From assembly GCA_051362555.1 (NCBI GenBank), contig CM120642.1, positions 24,490,001 to 24,554,000 on the forward strand: a stretch of DNA of 64,000 nt, written 5' to 3'. Shown piece by piece: positions 1-11,250 of this stretch. Position numbers and translations under genes: made by a program. Position 1 is the first letter of the stretch, and each line of letters begins with the position of its first letter. Below the pieces are notes generated by a model. The model had not been told where the DNA came from. It saw only the letters and a list, made by a program, of their open reading frames with translations, and made no database searches. This DNA comes from Lingula anatina (lineage: Eukaryota; Animalia; Brachiopoda).

Positions 1-674
1 GGCACAAGGTTCGGAGAAGCATTTTCACAGAGACAGGATTTTCTGGCTGTGGCGACCATTGAGCGTCCTAGATATGTTTTCGATCGGACAAGAGAGGTTC
101 TCTGTAAAGGCGGCGGAGAAAGGGAGTCTGAGACATGATAAAGGGAGTCTGAGACAGTCACTCGTCATTCACACTCGTCATTTACAAACGGGTAAACTCC
201 TCTCAAAATAGGAGCACCAAAACGAGCGTAATAACCCACCAACGGTATCTACGCCCAAGACATAAAAAAGAAATAAAGCTTACACTTTTGAAATAATATT
301 TTTTCAACCATTCAATTTTTTATGCGCTTATGCGTATTAAAATTTAATTTCAGATATTTTTCTATCTGTAGTATCGCATAATACGTCTTTGTGTTGTTAA
401 GTCTACCGAACATTTTATGGACTTTAGAATTAAAAAAAAATAGAAATAAAATAATTATATTATTATAACTAGTAGGATTCAAAACAATAAGGAGATAAGA
501 ATATTCACAATTCTTAGTGACACTTATTAACTTTGTGTTTAATATATTTACTATTGTTAAGTTATTTCTGTAGTTTCTATTTTCGATTGTACCGAATTTG
601 CCGAATGCCAGTTTTATGGTGCATTTGCGTAGAATAGATTTCATTAGAAATAAGCATACTGATTTTGTTTTCAG

Positions 675-2753
675 CACTGGCATCACTGATGCCTTACTTG
701 CCACTGTACATGCAGCATATAGGCCTCAATGCATCGGAATCTGCCATTATATATGGATCGATGCCTTTCATCACTTTCTTTGTCAAACCATTGTGGTGTA
801 TGCTGGCAGATAAATTCCAAAAACACAAGCTTTTATTGATATTGGTTTCAGTATTTTGTGCAGTTTTTAGCTCAATGTGTCTTTTGGTGCCGCATGTTCC
901 AGCGGTGAAGGGACCAGTCAGGGTGTATTTACTTGCAAACAACAGCAATGTTACTGTCAGTAAATGCCAATGGTACAAATCAAATTACGAGACACATATT
1001 GAAGAGGGTTATTGCCTACAATCTAATGAAGATGATAATTATCTGCACTTGGTAAATATCTGTTCCTTATCTTGTGAAAAAAAGGATAATGATACTGGAA
1101 CCATAAAACTTTGTATTCAAAGAACTGCATATTGCCAAGATTATGAGAATTTTGACAGGCTGCAAATGCAAAACGTGTCACTTCATCTAATTGGTGAGAA
1201 TGACACTCAAAGCACACTTGCAACACCTGCAAAGAAATGCCATCAATATCTAGTTGACTCATTTGAAGTAAATAGCTCCGAATTTGACAGAATTCAGGTA
1301 AAGCATCCATTGGCTATGGAGTGTAATCTGGCCTGCAAGGAAAACACATCTCAGGAGAGACAAAACGTAAACAACAGAGGTTTAACATTTGGGCTTTTCT
1401 TCCTTCTGTATCTTCTTTCTCAGATATTTCAGTCGGTGACCCTCCCTTTAGCAGATGCCATGTCCTTGAGCATATTAACAGAAAAGCACAGAACAAGTTG
1501 GGGTCGTACCAGGGTGTTTGGTACCCTTGGTTATGCATTATTTGCGGTCATTTCTGGCTTATTTATGGACTCTTTTACTCAGCAGAAGTCGGTGTCAAAC
1601 TTTTATGCAGCATTCATCCTATCTGGGTCTCTGTCAATAGTTTCAGCTGTGTCTGGTTATTTCATAGACATCCCCAAGGATATCCAATGTGCTCGGATGA
1701 TGAAGAATCTGACACTGCTGTTCAAAGATGCAGAGATCTGTATTTTTCTGATAATCATGTTCATCTTTGGTGTGTTCATGGGTGTTTTGCAGACGTTTCT
1801 CTTTTGGTACCTTGGGGAGCTGTGTAGCCCGAAGGTACTGATGGGGTTGACCCTGGTTGTCGAGTGTGTATCTGAAAGCCCAATGCTGTATTTTTCTGGA
1901 TGGATTATCAACAAAATTGGGCATAGGCCAATATTGTTCATTACCCTTGGGGTATACGCTCTTCGGTTTGGAGCGTATTCATTTCTGACCAATCCATGGT
2001 ACGTGTTTCTGATAGAGCCCACCCATGCTATTACTTATGGTTTGTTATTTGCTGCTGCTACGGAGTATACAGATATCATTGCACCTCCAGGAATGTCTGC
2101 TACCTTACAAGGTCTGGTGGGAGGATTGCATTGGAGTTTGGGTAAGCATTCTTTTTAGGCAATGTTGCCAATATTTTAGATATCACAATTAAAATCATGA
2201 AATAACTGAGTAATAAAACTTTGTTCCCGTTCCCGTTTTGATCCTGTTTTGATATGAATGCCAGGTTTCAATGCTTAACTCACGTTTGGTGGAAGGGAGC
2301 AGAACCCCTCCCCCTCTTCTTACCCTGGATCCCCAGTGCTCACTTTTTTGCTCCATTAGTTGTTATCTACACTATTTTGTTGTAGGTACATTGTTACAGT
2401 TCACAGTTTTAGTTGACTGGTAGCTTTACTCTATTCTTTCAGGTTTTGGTATTGGTTCTTTGACAGCTGGGCAGATCTACAACAAATATGGCGGAGTTAT
2501 CATGTTCCGAAGTTTTGCCATCTCTGCTATAGTTGTACTTTTAATTGCATGGCCATTGGAACACTTTGTTCTACGTGCACGTAAGAAGTTTGTTGTGGAG
2601 CCACAAAAACATACAGAGAAAGAAGATCCCACCCAAGTACAGCAAGGGACTAATGGTGAGATAATATGCAACCCCAGAGCCTGTACACAACTGACTAAAG
2701 ATAAGATCGTTAAGAAGGTTCACACTGTGAGACACAATAAGAGCAAACCATAA
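675..2753 (+). CDS. MFSD6: Major facilitator superfamily domain-containing protein 6-like transporter (5'-partial; exons 675-2141, 2443-2753)
   Basis: Long ORF with many TM helices and MFSD6-type motifs (LASLMPYLPLYM, WGRTRVFGTLGY, EPTHAITYGL, PPGMSATLQGL). Acceptor tttcag at 673-674, donor G|gtaagc at 2141/2142, acceptor tttcag at 2441-2442 giving in-frame GFGIGSLTAG; stop at 2753. First coding exon not found in the window. Confidence 0.85.
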
Positions 2754-3064
2754 ACGGTTGACACACACGTAGTTTACCTGTGCAACGTTCATCCAACATT
2801 AAGGACCCCTATTGGTTAATGTGCATTAAAGAATGTGTTCTCGCGTATATTAATAGACAAATAAGAAAGAACATTTCTTTCTTTTTTCTTTCTTTCTTTC
2901 TTTTTACTTTGAACAATCAATGCAAAGTAAAAGTTTCTTTTTATCAAATTAACTAAGTAAAAAGATATTATTTTTTCGCTACTGCAGCTGATGAGAAGAA
3001 CACAGTCAACAGTGTTGACCAAGTCAGTGATGACCAGGTCAGGTGCCATTTATGTCAAGACATA

Positions 3065-3452
3065 GAGCGCATTCAGAAAAGCGGACTAACAGATTCTGGG
3101 ATCTATTGTGACGACCCACTAAAACACTGAATAGATTTCCCGCGGTGAATATGCAACAAGCATTCAAGTGGGCCGGTCATATTTGATCTGTGGATCTGTA
3201 ACACCCCATTTCCACAGATTTTTAGATCGATCTATCCCTGTGGGGAGTCTCACTAGATTACTGTCAGCTTGGCCGGCTTAAGCGTCTGTCCCGCCTACTA
3301 AAAGCTGTAAGGGGGTAATTAACTATGGTGTCCGCTCGGCTGACTGCAATTTAGCGTGAACCCCCAGGGAGTTAGGTCGATCTAAAACTTAATCTTTAGA
3401 TCGATCTAAATCTCTGGGAAAGCACCATAAGTCCGCTGTTTTGAATGCTCAC
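3065..3452. mobile_element. Harbinger-like MITE (outer element) with another MITE nested inside
   Basis: Imperfect ~23-bp TIRs gagcgcattcagaaaagcggact ... agtccgctgttttgaatgctcac, flanked by ATA on both sides (3062-3064, 3453-3455). Confidence 0.65.
3202..3427 (+). mobile_element. ~225-bp MITE family 'TAGATCGATCTA', copy 1 (subfamily A)
   Basis: Subterminal palindromic tttagatcgatcta at both ends, TAA target-site duplication (3199-3201, 3428-3430), six homologous copies in the window. A 3-bp TSD suggests the PIF/Harbinger superfamily. Confidence 0.85.
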
Positions 3453-3792
3453 ATAATCTTAAGTCTGACTACCTAATAGTACCGAACGTTTGTTTAAAAA
3501 CACTTTTAGTCGTAGGAACAAGTCATTTTCATGCGTTTCTAAAAAGCACTGAACATTTGACTATATAAGGGTGAAAAATAATTAACAGTCACTTTTTTTC
3601 TTGATTTAGCGTTGTTAGCCAAGAGATGATAATGTGCATTATGTGTATTTTCTCTTCGAGTAAATGTGCAATTTCTGAGCAGGGGTAGTAAATTCATCAA
3701 GGGTGTATGTAATATACCTTTCTTGAACTAAGGATAGACTATCTAAACAGAAATTGAGATATTATAAAAAATGTATTATGCTGTCCTTCTAA

Positions 3793-4006
3793 GGGCGCAG
3801 TCTCATAGATTTTAGATCGATCTATCCCCGTGGGGAGTCTCACTAGATTACTGTCAGATAATCCGGCCTAAATGTCCGTCCCGCCTACTTCAAGCTGTAA
3901 GGGGATAATTAACTTTCGTGCCCGCTCGACTGACAGCTATTTAGCGTGAACCCCCAGGGAGTTAGGTCGATCTAGTTGGATCGATCTAATCTCTGGGAAT
4001 GGGGTC
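3793..4006 (+). mobile_element. MITE family 'TAGATCGATCTA', copy 2 (subfamily B)
   Basis: Homologous to copy 1 (ggggagtctcactagattactgtcag ... gtgaacccccagggagttaggtcgatcta); flanks TAA/TTA. Confidence 0.8.
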
Positions 4007-4009
4007 TTA

Positions 4010-4234
4010 GGGTGTATTCATAGAGATTTAGATCGATCCAGAGATTAAGATTTAGATCGACCTAACTCCCCGGGGGTTCACTGTAAATTGCAGTCAGCCG
4101 AGCGCGCACCATAGTTAATTACCCCTTTACAGCTTTTAGTAGGCGGGACAGACGCTTAAGCCGGCTAAGCTGACAGTAATCTAGTGACACTCCCCACAGG
4201 GATAGATCGATCTAAAATCTATGGAAATGGGGTC
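4010..4234 (-). mobile_element. MITE family 'TAGATCGATCTA', copy 3 (subfamily A), inverted and abutting copy 2
   Basis: Reverse complement of copy 1; TTA TSD (4007-4009, 4235-4237). Confidence 0.85.
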
Positions 4235-5595
4235 TTAGTCTTCAAAAAGGCAAATTTTAGAATCTATACTATTCATTCATGTATTTTTATCTTATGTTTA
4301 TATTCATCATTGCAGGTTAATATCATGGTAGATAAGCACCACCCCTCATCATAATCTACTTGTCCTACTAAATCCGAGGACCTCTTAGTGGGTTTGCTGC
4401 ATGACGTCAGCTGCATATTCACCTTTTCTGTGCTCTTAAATATAACTAACTGCTTTGTACTGCTTAACACCTTCAGGAGTAAAAGATAACTGCTCTCTTA
4501 TCTGAGCACAGGCCCCAACTATGTCTACTTGCAATCTTGTTTGTTTAGATCTCGGGGCAGAGAAATATAGCATATACCAAAGGGAACAGTGTTTTGCTAT
4601 TTTAACCTGATTGCATGATCATTGGACCATTCTTTGATTGAAAACGTAAAATTTTCGAACTTGAGAAAATAGTTTCTAAATATCTAAGAACCGGGGTTCA
4701 GATTTTTTCTTGCAATCTAATTATGAATTTTATTTGCCCAGTCATGAAGTTATACTTAGTCAACTTTTCTCTTATCAGTTGTTTAAAAACATTCCACCTT
4801 ACTAGTTTTTTAGTTTTCTTGTGTACAAAGCGTACAGAATTGACACGACCCATTGTTTAAATGATATTGTTTGAAATTGAAACGGTACATGAAGGGGCAG
4901 TAAATATTTCAAAATCCAATATACTACAAAAATACAATCTAAACACTGTATAGAATAAATTTATCGGGTATTATTAAATTCTATGTAAACACTGTGCTTT
5001 CCAGAGGTTCCAAGGAAGTCCATCCCAATATTTGACGACTGACTGGGTTTACCCTGTATAAGAAATGATAATTAAAAACAATACGCTTATGCAGCATTAC
5101 AACACTGAATGAAAATAAATTATATAACTTTATTGCCTTTCTTGTTAAAATTATAAAAATACCATTTAATGTGAGCTTTATTAATGTGATGTTTTTTTCC
5201 AATAAACATATTTTACACTTAATTCCTTCTTTTTACTCTTGTAGCGTATTTCCAATATTTTATTCACCCAGGTTTATATATATCCAGTCTAAAATTGGAT
5301 CTTTTTCCAGTACTTTAAGAGCATGCGCAGTACACCCCAAGAAAATTTTGCACATTACTTCTTTGCCATTACTTCTTGTTGCACAAAGCCTTCACCAAAA
5401 TTCAAAATGTTCACTTTTAAGAATTAGAACAAGAAAAGAATAATGAAAAAGAAAAGTCAGAAAAAAATTTAATTAAACTTGAAAACTAAACGACAAATGA
5501 AGTCTCACGCATACGAGATTGAATATAAAATATACGCACACACACGTGAAGCTAATCTGAATAAAACCCCGCTACAATTAATTTTTCTAAAAATC

Positions 5596-5753
5596 GGGGG
5601 CGGATCCAGGATTATTTGAAGGGGGGTCTTCGGATGCGAAGCGTACCCTCCCCCTCTCTCCTCCCTTGGTGTGGGGTATGGGGTCCGCTGAAGGGACCTG
5701 AAATTTTTGGTATTTTAGAAGGCGAACGGTGCCAGCTGGTACGAATAAGAACT
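5596..5753 (+). mobile_element. Partial GGGGCGGATCCAGG-type non-autonomous DNA element
   Basis: ggcggatccaggattatttgaaggggg...ccgctgaaggg...ttggtattttaga.ggcgaacggtgcca is shared with 16009-16124 (+) and 55923-56159 (-). Confidence 0.6.
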
Positions 5754-6471
5754 ATGATTCAGCTCGTGCTCCTCGTTGTGGGTCAAGGGGAATTTTTAAA
5801 GACAGTTTTTAATTGTATAAAAATTGATGATTATCCAACCATGCGCTTCCTACCAATGTGCTAGGTGTAGAATTAAATTAGGCACAGACTTTATACTGCC
5901 TAGACTTGTGAGGAAATTTCTTTTTTCATAAGACCATTAAATCTTTGGATTGAATCAACATGCGTTTTTCTATCTACTCCCAATGTTTAAATGCAGAGCA
6001 CAGAAAACACAGAACGTTTTACCATAACTTCTCCTTTTTTTGGTTATATAAACGTTTTAGTAATGTTTTAGTAACATTTTGTGTTTGCTGGGAAAAGGTT
6101 TGTATCGAGGTTCTGAAAAAACTAAAGTTTGATTTGGCAACATATGTCCAGCTGTTGAAAGCATTCATTTCTTCTGTTTATTTTGAGAAAGGAATAGGTA
6201 AGTACATGTATCTTTCACCGCATTTTCGAAAATAAACTCAAACAATCTATTCTGTGCCCTACGCCACACCTTTCTTTTATTAGACGTAAGAAAAATTATT
6301 TCCTTAGAGACCTTTCCCTCTGTTCTGTGAATGCCCTGTAGTTCGCAGAGCATCACTGACTGTTGCTCTCCTGACGCACTGCATTGTGTGGTGGTTGCAA
6401 ACAGCTGCAAGTGTGTTGTAGCAATGGATTTGTATTCTATGTTTCAAAATTGAAAAGAATTAAAACGGAAA

Positions 6472-6621
6472 CATGCCCGTAGCTCGCAAGAACCACATAT
6501 TTCGCCAGGAGAAGGTCCACTCTACGTAAAATTTGATCTAGGTACACGAATAATCCATGGTTAAGGTCCCCTTTTTTTCAGAAAATAAAGAACCCCTTTG
6601 AAACTGTGGGCTACGGGGTTG
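6472..6621 (-). mobile_element. Degenerate MITE related to 54493-54675
   Basis: gcccgtagc ... gctacggg ends; aaggtccactct..gtaaaatttgatctaggt is the reverse complement of the interior of the 54493 element. Confidence 0.55.
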
Positions 6622-7637
6622 GTCAATGTAGCACAGACCGTTATGTGTACTCCCCTGGAGCGCAGTTAGACCCCCATTGCAAATAACTGAATAAATAATA
6701 CTCTGTCTTTACTGGAATTCTTTGAGGGCAAAGGATGAGCAATATCTGTGATCATATTCAAATTAAAATGGACTAATACGATTATATGACCAATGCATTG
6801 TCATTTGAACTAATATTTTAGTTGCAACTAATGACTCTGTTCCCCCTTACATCAAACGCGGTATTAATTAAAAACTTGGAACCAAAGTTTCATGTATCCA
6901 TTGTGTTAATGCTGACACCACCAATCACCATGCTCATTAACTCCATACACGCCGATATATAATTTATTTTATTTAAGTGTTGAGTTAAAAAAAACGATAT
7001 ATGAAGCACATTGATGGGTGTTTTGGACAATTTTCGAATATGTTATCACCAATATAAAAATCTTAATTTTCAAATATTCATTTCAATCTTGTACTGTCAT
7101 TTATAAGGGGCTCGGGAAGTGTTTTATTAAAGGTGTTCTTTCAGGCTATAATTTGAAAGTCTACTAGGTCTCCCGCAATGACAAAAATTGTCTTCTTTTT
7201 TTCATTTGGAAACTGACAGAGATACATGTATGCGCCTAATTTTGAATCGAAGAACGTCAGCCAGAAGGTTGTATTTGGTCATGCATTTGGCACATCCAAG
7301 CATATAGCAGATACGTATACTGAACTAATTATTAAGTCCAAAAAGGTGCTGCATATAAGCTGTAGCATGCAGTATTCTTCCTTGGATATCTTTTGATATC
7401 TTTTGTTAAACTGTCATTGTTAAACCTTTGATATCTTTTGTTAAACTGTCATTGCGCTTATAAAATTTATCCAAGGAAAACGTCATATCAAACATTTATG
7501 TTAGTTAAAACTAACAAAAGACAATACGAAGACAAAATGCAACTTTTATTCTCTCAAAAAGAACTTTATTCAAAACGAGACCTTTTAAGAATGTTCATAT
7601 ATTCTTTCTTCCAAACCCAACCCATTTTTAAAGTTCA

Positions 7638-7844
7638 TTAGGCTGCAGGAACGGCAACGCGTTGGCCGTTTGTGATACCAATGACGCAGCATCCAAGCCG
7701 TGGTCCTGCGTTACCATTAGCCAAACTGGCTGCGTTTCCTCCTCGGCCCAGGTCATCTTTACCGGCATGAAGCTTATAAACAAAAATAATATGCATGAAT
7801 AAAGCGTCCTTTGTTTGTGCAGCTGTATATACGATTTTCTCTCG

Positions 7845-7878
<34 letters not shown>

Positions 7879-7899
7879 CTGTGTGTGTGTGTTTGGTGT

Positions 7900-7930
<31 letters not shown>

Positions 7931-10900
7931 TGAGAAAGAGAGATATAGACTTGTATATAAACAAAAGTGAAGACCAGCTCTCCAACCAGAATCAACTTTA
8001 CTAAGACTTAAAGAAAATACAAATTATGATAATTTGCTTTCCTAAAGATGCAATAAAAAATAAAAATCAACATACCACAATAGCTCTTCCCACAATATTG
8101 TTTTTGCCGACAAGAGAGGCGATGCCATCAAAAAAGGATGTCACAATTTGTCCATTTTTATCCTGAGGAACGTTTCCCCAGTCACCGATGTGTCTAAAGG
8201 TAAATAAATCCAAATAAATATTTGCATAAGTAGCTGAATTAAGAATCGAATAAACAAATGACAAAGAGAAAAGGGGAGATGCGCAGAAAAACAAACAAAC
8301 ATGAATATTTTAAAAATTACACATGACACGGTGTTCTATCTTCAACCCCAAATAAACAAAGCAGATTCAGGATTCGGCAACCAGACACTGGTGCATCTTT
8401 GGCTTTCTTTTACTAAAAACCTTTTAAAAAGACACCAACGCAAAGAAACTGCAATGTTGGTAATCTCAATAATTGACGTAACAGTTCGTATTTTATATCC
8501 CAAAAGTTTAAGAAAAAATATGAATAAGTTTACGGACAGCTTACCGCACGACGTCTGTTGGTGCACCATGGGTGACACCTGTAGGATTATAGTGACCTTT
8601 AGTTGACCCACATCCTCCACTAAGGTCACCAAAAGCATGCACGTGCAAGCCATGCTCCTTACTGCCATCTAGCGGCAAACCGCTGATATTGACACGGACC
8701 TCCAGAACCCCTTGCTTTAAAAGAAGTGTTGTGATTATACATACACTGGACAAAAGAAGTGTCACCCCCTAACTCAGAGTAATAAAAGTAGGCAAATCTT
8801 GTGTACTTATAATGCCTGGTCTACTTATAATGTGACTAATGAGTATAAAACCGCTATACCACGGAATTGTATTGTTGGTCTTGTACATGTACAGCAAATG
8901 TTATTCCTGTCTTCCTCCAATATGGCAAGATACAGGCAATTATCTAACGGCTATAGGTGCAAGTTATTAACCTGAAGAAGCGGAATATAAGCAATGTCAG
9001 AATATCGATACAATTGAATTGTTCAGTCAAAACCGTGCAGAGGGTCTGGTCTCGGTATAGAAACACTGGATCAAGAGACAAATTGCCTCTGATGGTTCGT
9101 CCAAGAAAAAATACTGGCCGTGAAGACCGACGACTGATTTTGATGTCGAGGTTGTCAAAGTTCGACACTGCTTGTCAGTTGACAACACAGTGGAACAATT
9201 TCACACATAAGAATGTGTCTGTGAAAATTGCTAGGCGTCGGTTACATGCTCAGAGAGTGTACAGCAGGGTAGCAAGACTGAAACATCTTATATCGATACA
9301 AAACAGGCAACGTAGAGTAAACTAGGTCAACAGGATCTGGAACTGGACAGTTCATGACAATTGGTCCTATATATTTTTTTCTGATGAGTGTCGCTTTTGT
9401 CTGACCTCTGATGACAAACGGGTACTATGCTGGCAAACTGCTGGTAAAGCATTTGAACCACATGCACTGAATTTTCGAACCCGGAGCAGCATATTCATCA
9501 TGGTGTGGGGCTGCATCAGCATCCATGGCTTGGGCGAATTGATAGTGGTTAATGGAAACATGAATCACTAGAAATATATCGATGTTTTGGAGTCAGGCTT
9601 GCTACCATCTATTACTAACATGTTTGATGACAGGAATTATCCGTTTGTTCACCAGGATGACAATGCTCCTTGTCACAGGCCCAGAGTAGTTGATGATTGG
9701 TTTGACCAACAGGACATTCGCAGGGTGATGTGGCCTGCCCAGAGTCCGGATGCAAACATAATAGAGAATGTGTTGAATGATATGTCAAAACTTTTTACAA
9801 ATGCCCGTCTAACCAGCAAAAAAACTGTTATATTCAGTGTTTCATGCTTGGGCCAGCATAAGCCCTGAACGCATCAGACAATTATATGAAACCTTGCTTC
9901 GTAGACTGGCACCTATTATTAGGTCACGTGGCTATGCCACTAAGTACTAATTTTGGACTTGAAACTGCATATTTTGGTAGAATGTATATTTTGTTCTCAT
10001 TTTGTGATTTTTTGTGAATTTTGATGTTAATAAAATGATACCAGGAGCATATCATTCCACAGTCATTTATTTCCCCCATAGTATTGGCTCAGTAGGGGTG
10101 ACACTTCTTTTGTCCAGTGTGTGTATATATGTACTGTTATATAAAAGACATTTATTAATTCAGCAAAATTTAACTTCGTTGTTGAATAAACAAACAAGCA
10201 TTGCTGGTGGTTTTAAATTCTGTGAAAGGACCCTCCTCAGCAAATAACGCATGAAGTCGAGCATTTATTTTTTATAATGCTATTCCTAACATTAAAAAGG
10301 GCCGTTTTTTATTTTGGTCTTATGTACGTGAGTTAATTTTCTTTGGCAAGACATCCTGTGTCTTTTTTAAATACATATAGTTATTAATGTTCTTGCTTAC
10401 CATGAGCATTTTACACGAAATGGACGTGCAGTGAATGATGGCAAATTAAGAGGAACTACAAGGCGTAAAAACTCGCTTCAAGCTAAGTCTAAGCAGACAG
10501 ACAAGTGTCATGTGCAATGACAACTCTACTTCGTTTCATTCCTTTCCTTCTTCCTTCTTTCCTTTTTAATTTAATTTTATTCTATTTATTCTATTTATTT
10601 ATTTTTGTGTGTGCCAAATCCTGTGCACGGTCTTTTTAATTAAAAAATAATGAATGAAATCGTTACCCTCTGAATCATGTCAATATTGCCGTGAACGTTC
10701 ACCCTGTCTGGCTCTGGGGTTCCCATGTTAGGTTTGAGGGCGCAGTGAGCAAATACGCCTTGCATTGCCAGACTCTCTATGCGGGACTTGGTCTTTGGGA
10801 CACCTGTCACGATATGGAATAATGAAAAATTAGGAGAAAATACGAGACGAGAAAAACACTGACATAAACTAAAACAATTCAGTTATCAGACAATTTCACA

Positions 10901-11206
10901 TTTTTATATTAAAAAACCCAAGTAAATTGCCAAACGGCGCGTTACTAAGAAACAGATGTTAAAAGTGTTTCATCGATGTTGCTTACTTTCAAACTTAGGC
11001 GGGCGGCAGATGTACCCGTGGTAAGCGTGTGGGCAACATTTCCAGTCTCCAGGGCACAGGTGATCCTGGTTACAGAGCCTGGACCTCACTCTATAGAACG
11101 GAGCCGTGGAGCATTCCCCTGGCTTGTCCGCCAACGGAAAAACTGTAAAATAATAGTGGTTTACGTTTAAGGTCATTGTGAAAGACTGGGAACATATATT
11201 GAAGCG

Positions 11207-11250
<44 letters not shown>

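Noticed and set aside
120-182. Short direct repeats (aagggagtctgagaca x2, cactcgtcatt x2)
   Set aside because: Two copies only; ordinary slippage duplications, not an array.
312-813. ORFs 312-704 (-) and 598-813 (+)
   Set aside because: Intronic AT-rich or shadow frames of the MFSD6 exon with no recognisable motifs.
3202-4234. Clustered palindromic repeats as CRISPR-like or ncRNA array
   Set aside because: Eukaryotic context, no repeat-spacer periodicity, and copies have TSDs and are dispersed, so they are MITEs.
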